Below are positions 63,353-64,000 of a stretch of DNA of 64,000 nucleotides, in pieces; the stretch's first letter is position 1, and every line of letters starts with the position of its first letter. Both the position numbers and the translations under genes were made by a program. The notes under the pieces are model-generated. The model worked only from the letters and a program-made list of their open reading frames with translations. It was not told the DNA's origin and did not search any database. Source of the stretch: Parcubacteria group bacterium GW2011_GWC1_45_13 (GTDB lineage Bacteria; Patescibacteriota; Minisyncoccia; UBA11713; 2-01-FULL-45-33); NCBI GenBank assembly GCA_001001285.1, contig LCKG01000004.1, positions 1,957-65,956 on the forward strand. The letters run 5' to 3'.

Positions 63353-64000
63353 ATGGAAAACGAAATAAAACAAAAAGATTCTTTGCTGCCGGCAAGCATT
63401 CTTGCTTCAACGATCATCCTCGCGATGGTATGGCTTTATACAAGCGGCGCTCAAGATCGCCAAAATCAGCCGCAGACTCAACCGCAGCAAAAAACATCGG
63501 AGGGGATCGTTTTGCCGGTCCGCTGGGGGGATTTGGGCAAGAAGATGATAAACGCTGGCGTGATTGACGCGAAAAGATTTGAAGAGATTTACGCAAACCG
63601 AGGCGGATTGACTAAAGAAACTAAGGAATTACTTTACGGAGAAAACAACGGCAACCTTAAAGTTACTTCGGAAAATTCTGGAATAATTTTAAATCTACTC
63701 TGGGCGTTGGGACTCGGCGCGAAAAATGATATTTTAGAAGCGGGACCAATGACGCAATACGGTGACATTGGAAATTTTGCTTCTACCGGCGGCTGGACCA
63801 TTACCAAAGGCGGCGCGATGGATCATTACAGCAAGCACGTTTTTTTTGAGCTGACTCCGGAGCAACAAGCGCTGGTGGAAAACGTAAGTAAAAATATTTA
63901 CCGGCCGTGCTGTAATAATCCAACCCATTTTCCGGACTGCAACCACGGCATGGCAATGCTAGGGCTTCTGGAGCTTCTTGCCTCCCGAGGCGCTAACGAA
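63353..64000 (+). CDS. Membrane-anchored Cys/His protein, partial
   Basis: Manual translation MENEIKQKDSLLPASIL...RPCCNNPTHFPDCNHGMAMLGLLEL, open to the window end. Confidence 0.75.
   Translation, partial: MENEIKQKDSLLPASILASTIILAMVWLYTSGAQDRQNQPQTQPQQKTSEGIVLPVRWGDLGKKMINAGVIDAKRFEEIYANRGGLTKETKELLYGENNGNLKVTSENSGIILNLLWALGLGAKNDILEAGPMTQYGDIGNFASTGGWTITKGGAMDHYSKHVFFELTPEQQALVENVSKNIYRPCCNNPTHFPDCNHGMAMLGLLELLASRGANE

Noticed and set aside
20-63946. Many ORF-track entries antisense to or overlapping recognised genes (e.g. 82..399, 23691..24260, 44650..45213, 43037..43609)
   Set aside because: They are shadow frames of well-supported genes, with no motifs or start signals.
1-64000. CRISPR array or cas genes
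   Set aside because: No regularly spaced repeat-spacer series. The palindromes are dispersed and no Cas-like ORF is seen.
1-64000. Alternative genetic code (TGA recoded)
   Set aside because: Conserved genes are full length under code 11 and several end at TGA (serS, ftsI, mraZ).

Overview
This is a chromosomal segment of a small-genome bacterium, most likely Patescibacteria/Parcubacteria (CPR). That call is inferred from gene content, a short AlaRS, a giant HTH-led surface protein and AT-rich leaders; the genetic code looks like standard code 11. Most of the window is housekeeping: def-fmt, dnaX, serS, the mraZ-rsmH-ftsL-ftsI-murF cluster, lysS, greA, mreBCD-pbp2, proS, rseP, frr, a second mreB, murA, hrcA-grpE-dnaK-dnaJ with a CIRCE, infA to rpsI, alaS, mnmA and four tRNAs. 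Four things stand out. (1) Several families of 15-35 nt palindromes are inserted in frame into conserved genes (dnaK, serS, mnmA, rsmH, murA, a ROK kinase, a glycosyltransferase). Removing the dnaK, serS and mnmA 3' copies restores the canonical protein sequence. One family brackets and also lies inside an HUH (RAYT-like) transposase gene, and that cassette is bounded by an 18-bp duplication of the rseP 3' end. (2) A three-gene island (GHKL ATPase, ThsB-like TIR, 4-TM protein) beside tRNA-Ala is enclosed by two inverted ~290-bp homologous elements with covarying internal repeats; it is a candidate undescribed defence module. (3) An orphan group I intron core (Q/R/S elements) has no visible exons. 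(4) Smaller oddities include a doubly frameshifted giant surface gene, a tRNA-Gln 5'-half copy and a MITE-like element overlapping the rpmJ start codon. All calls come from reading the sequence and from recalled motifs; no database search was run.
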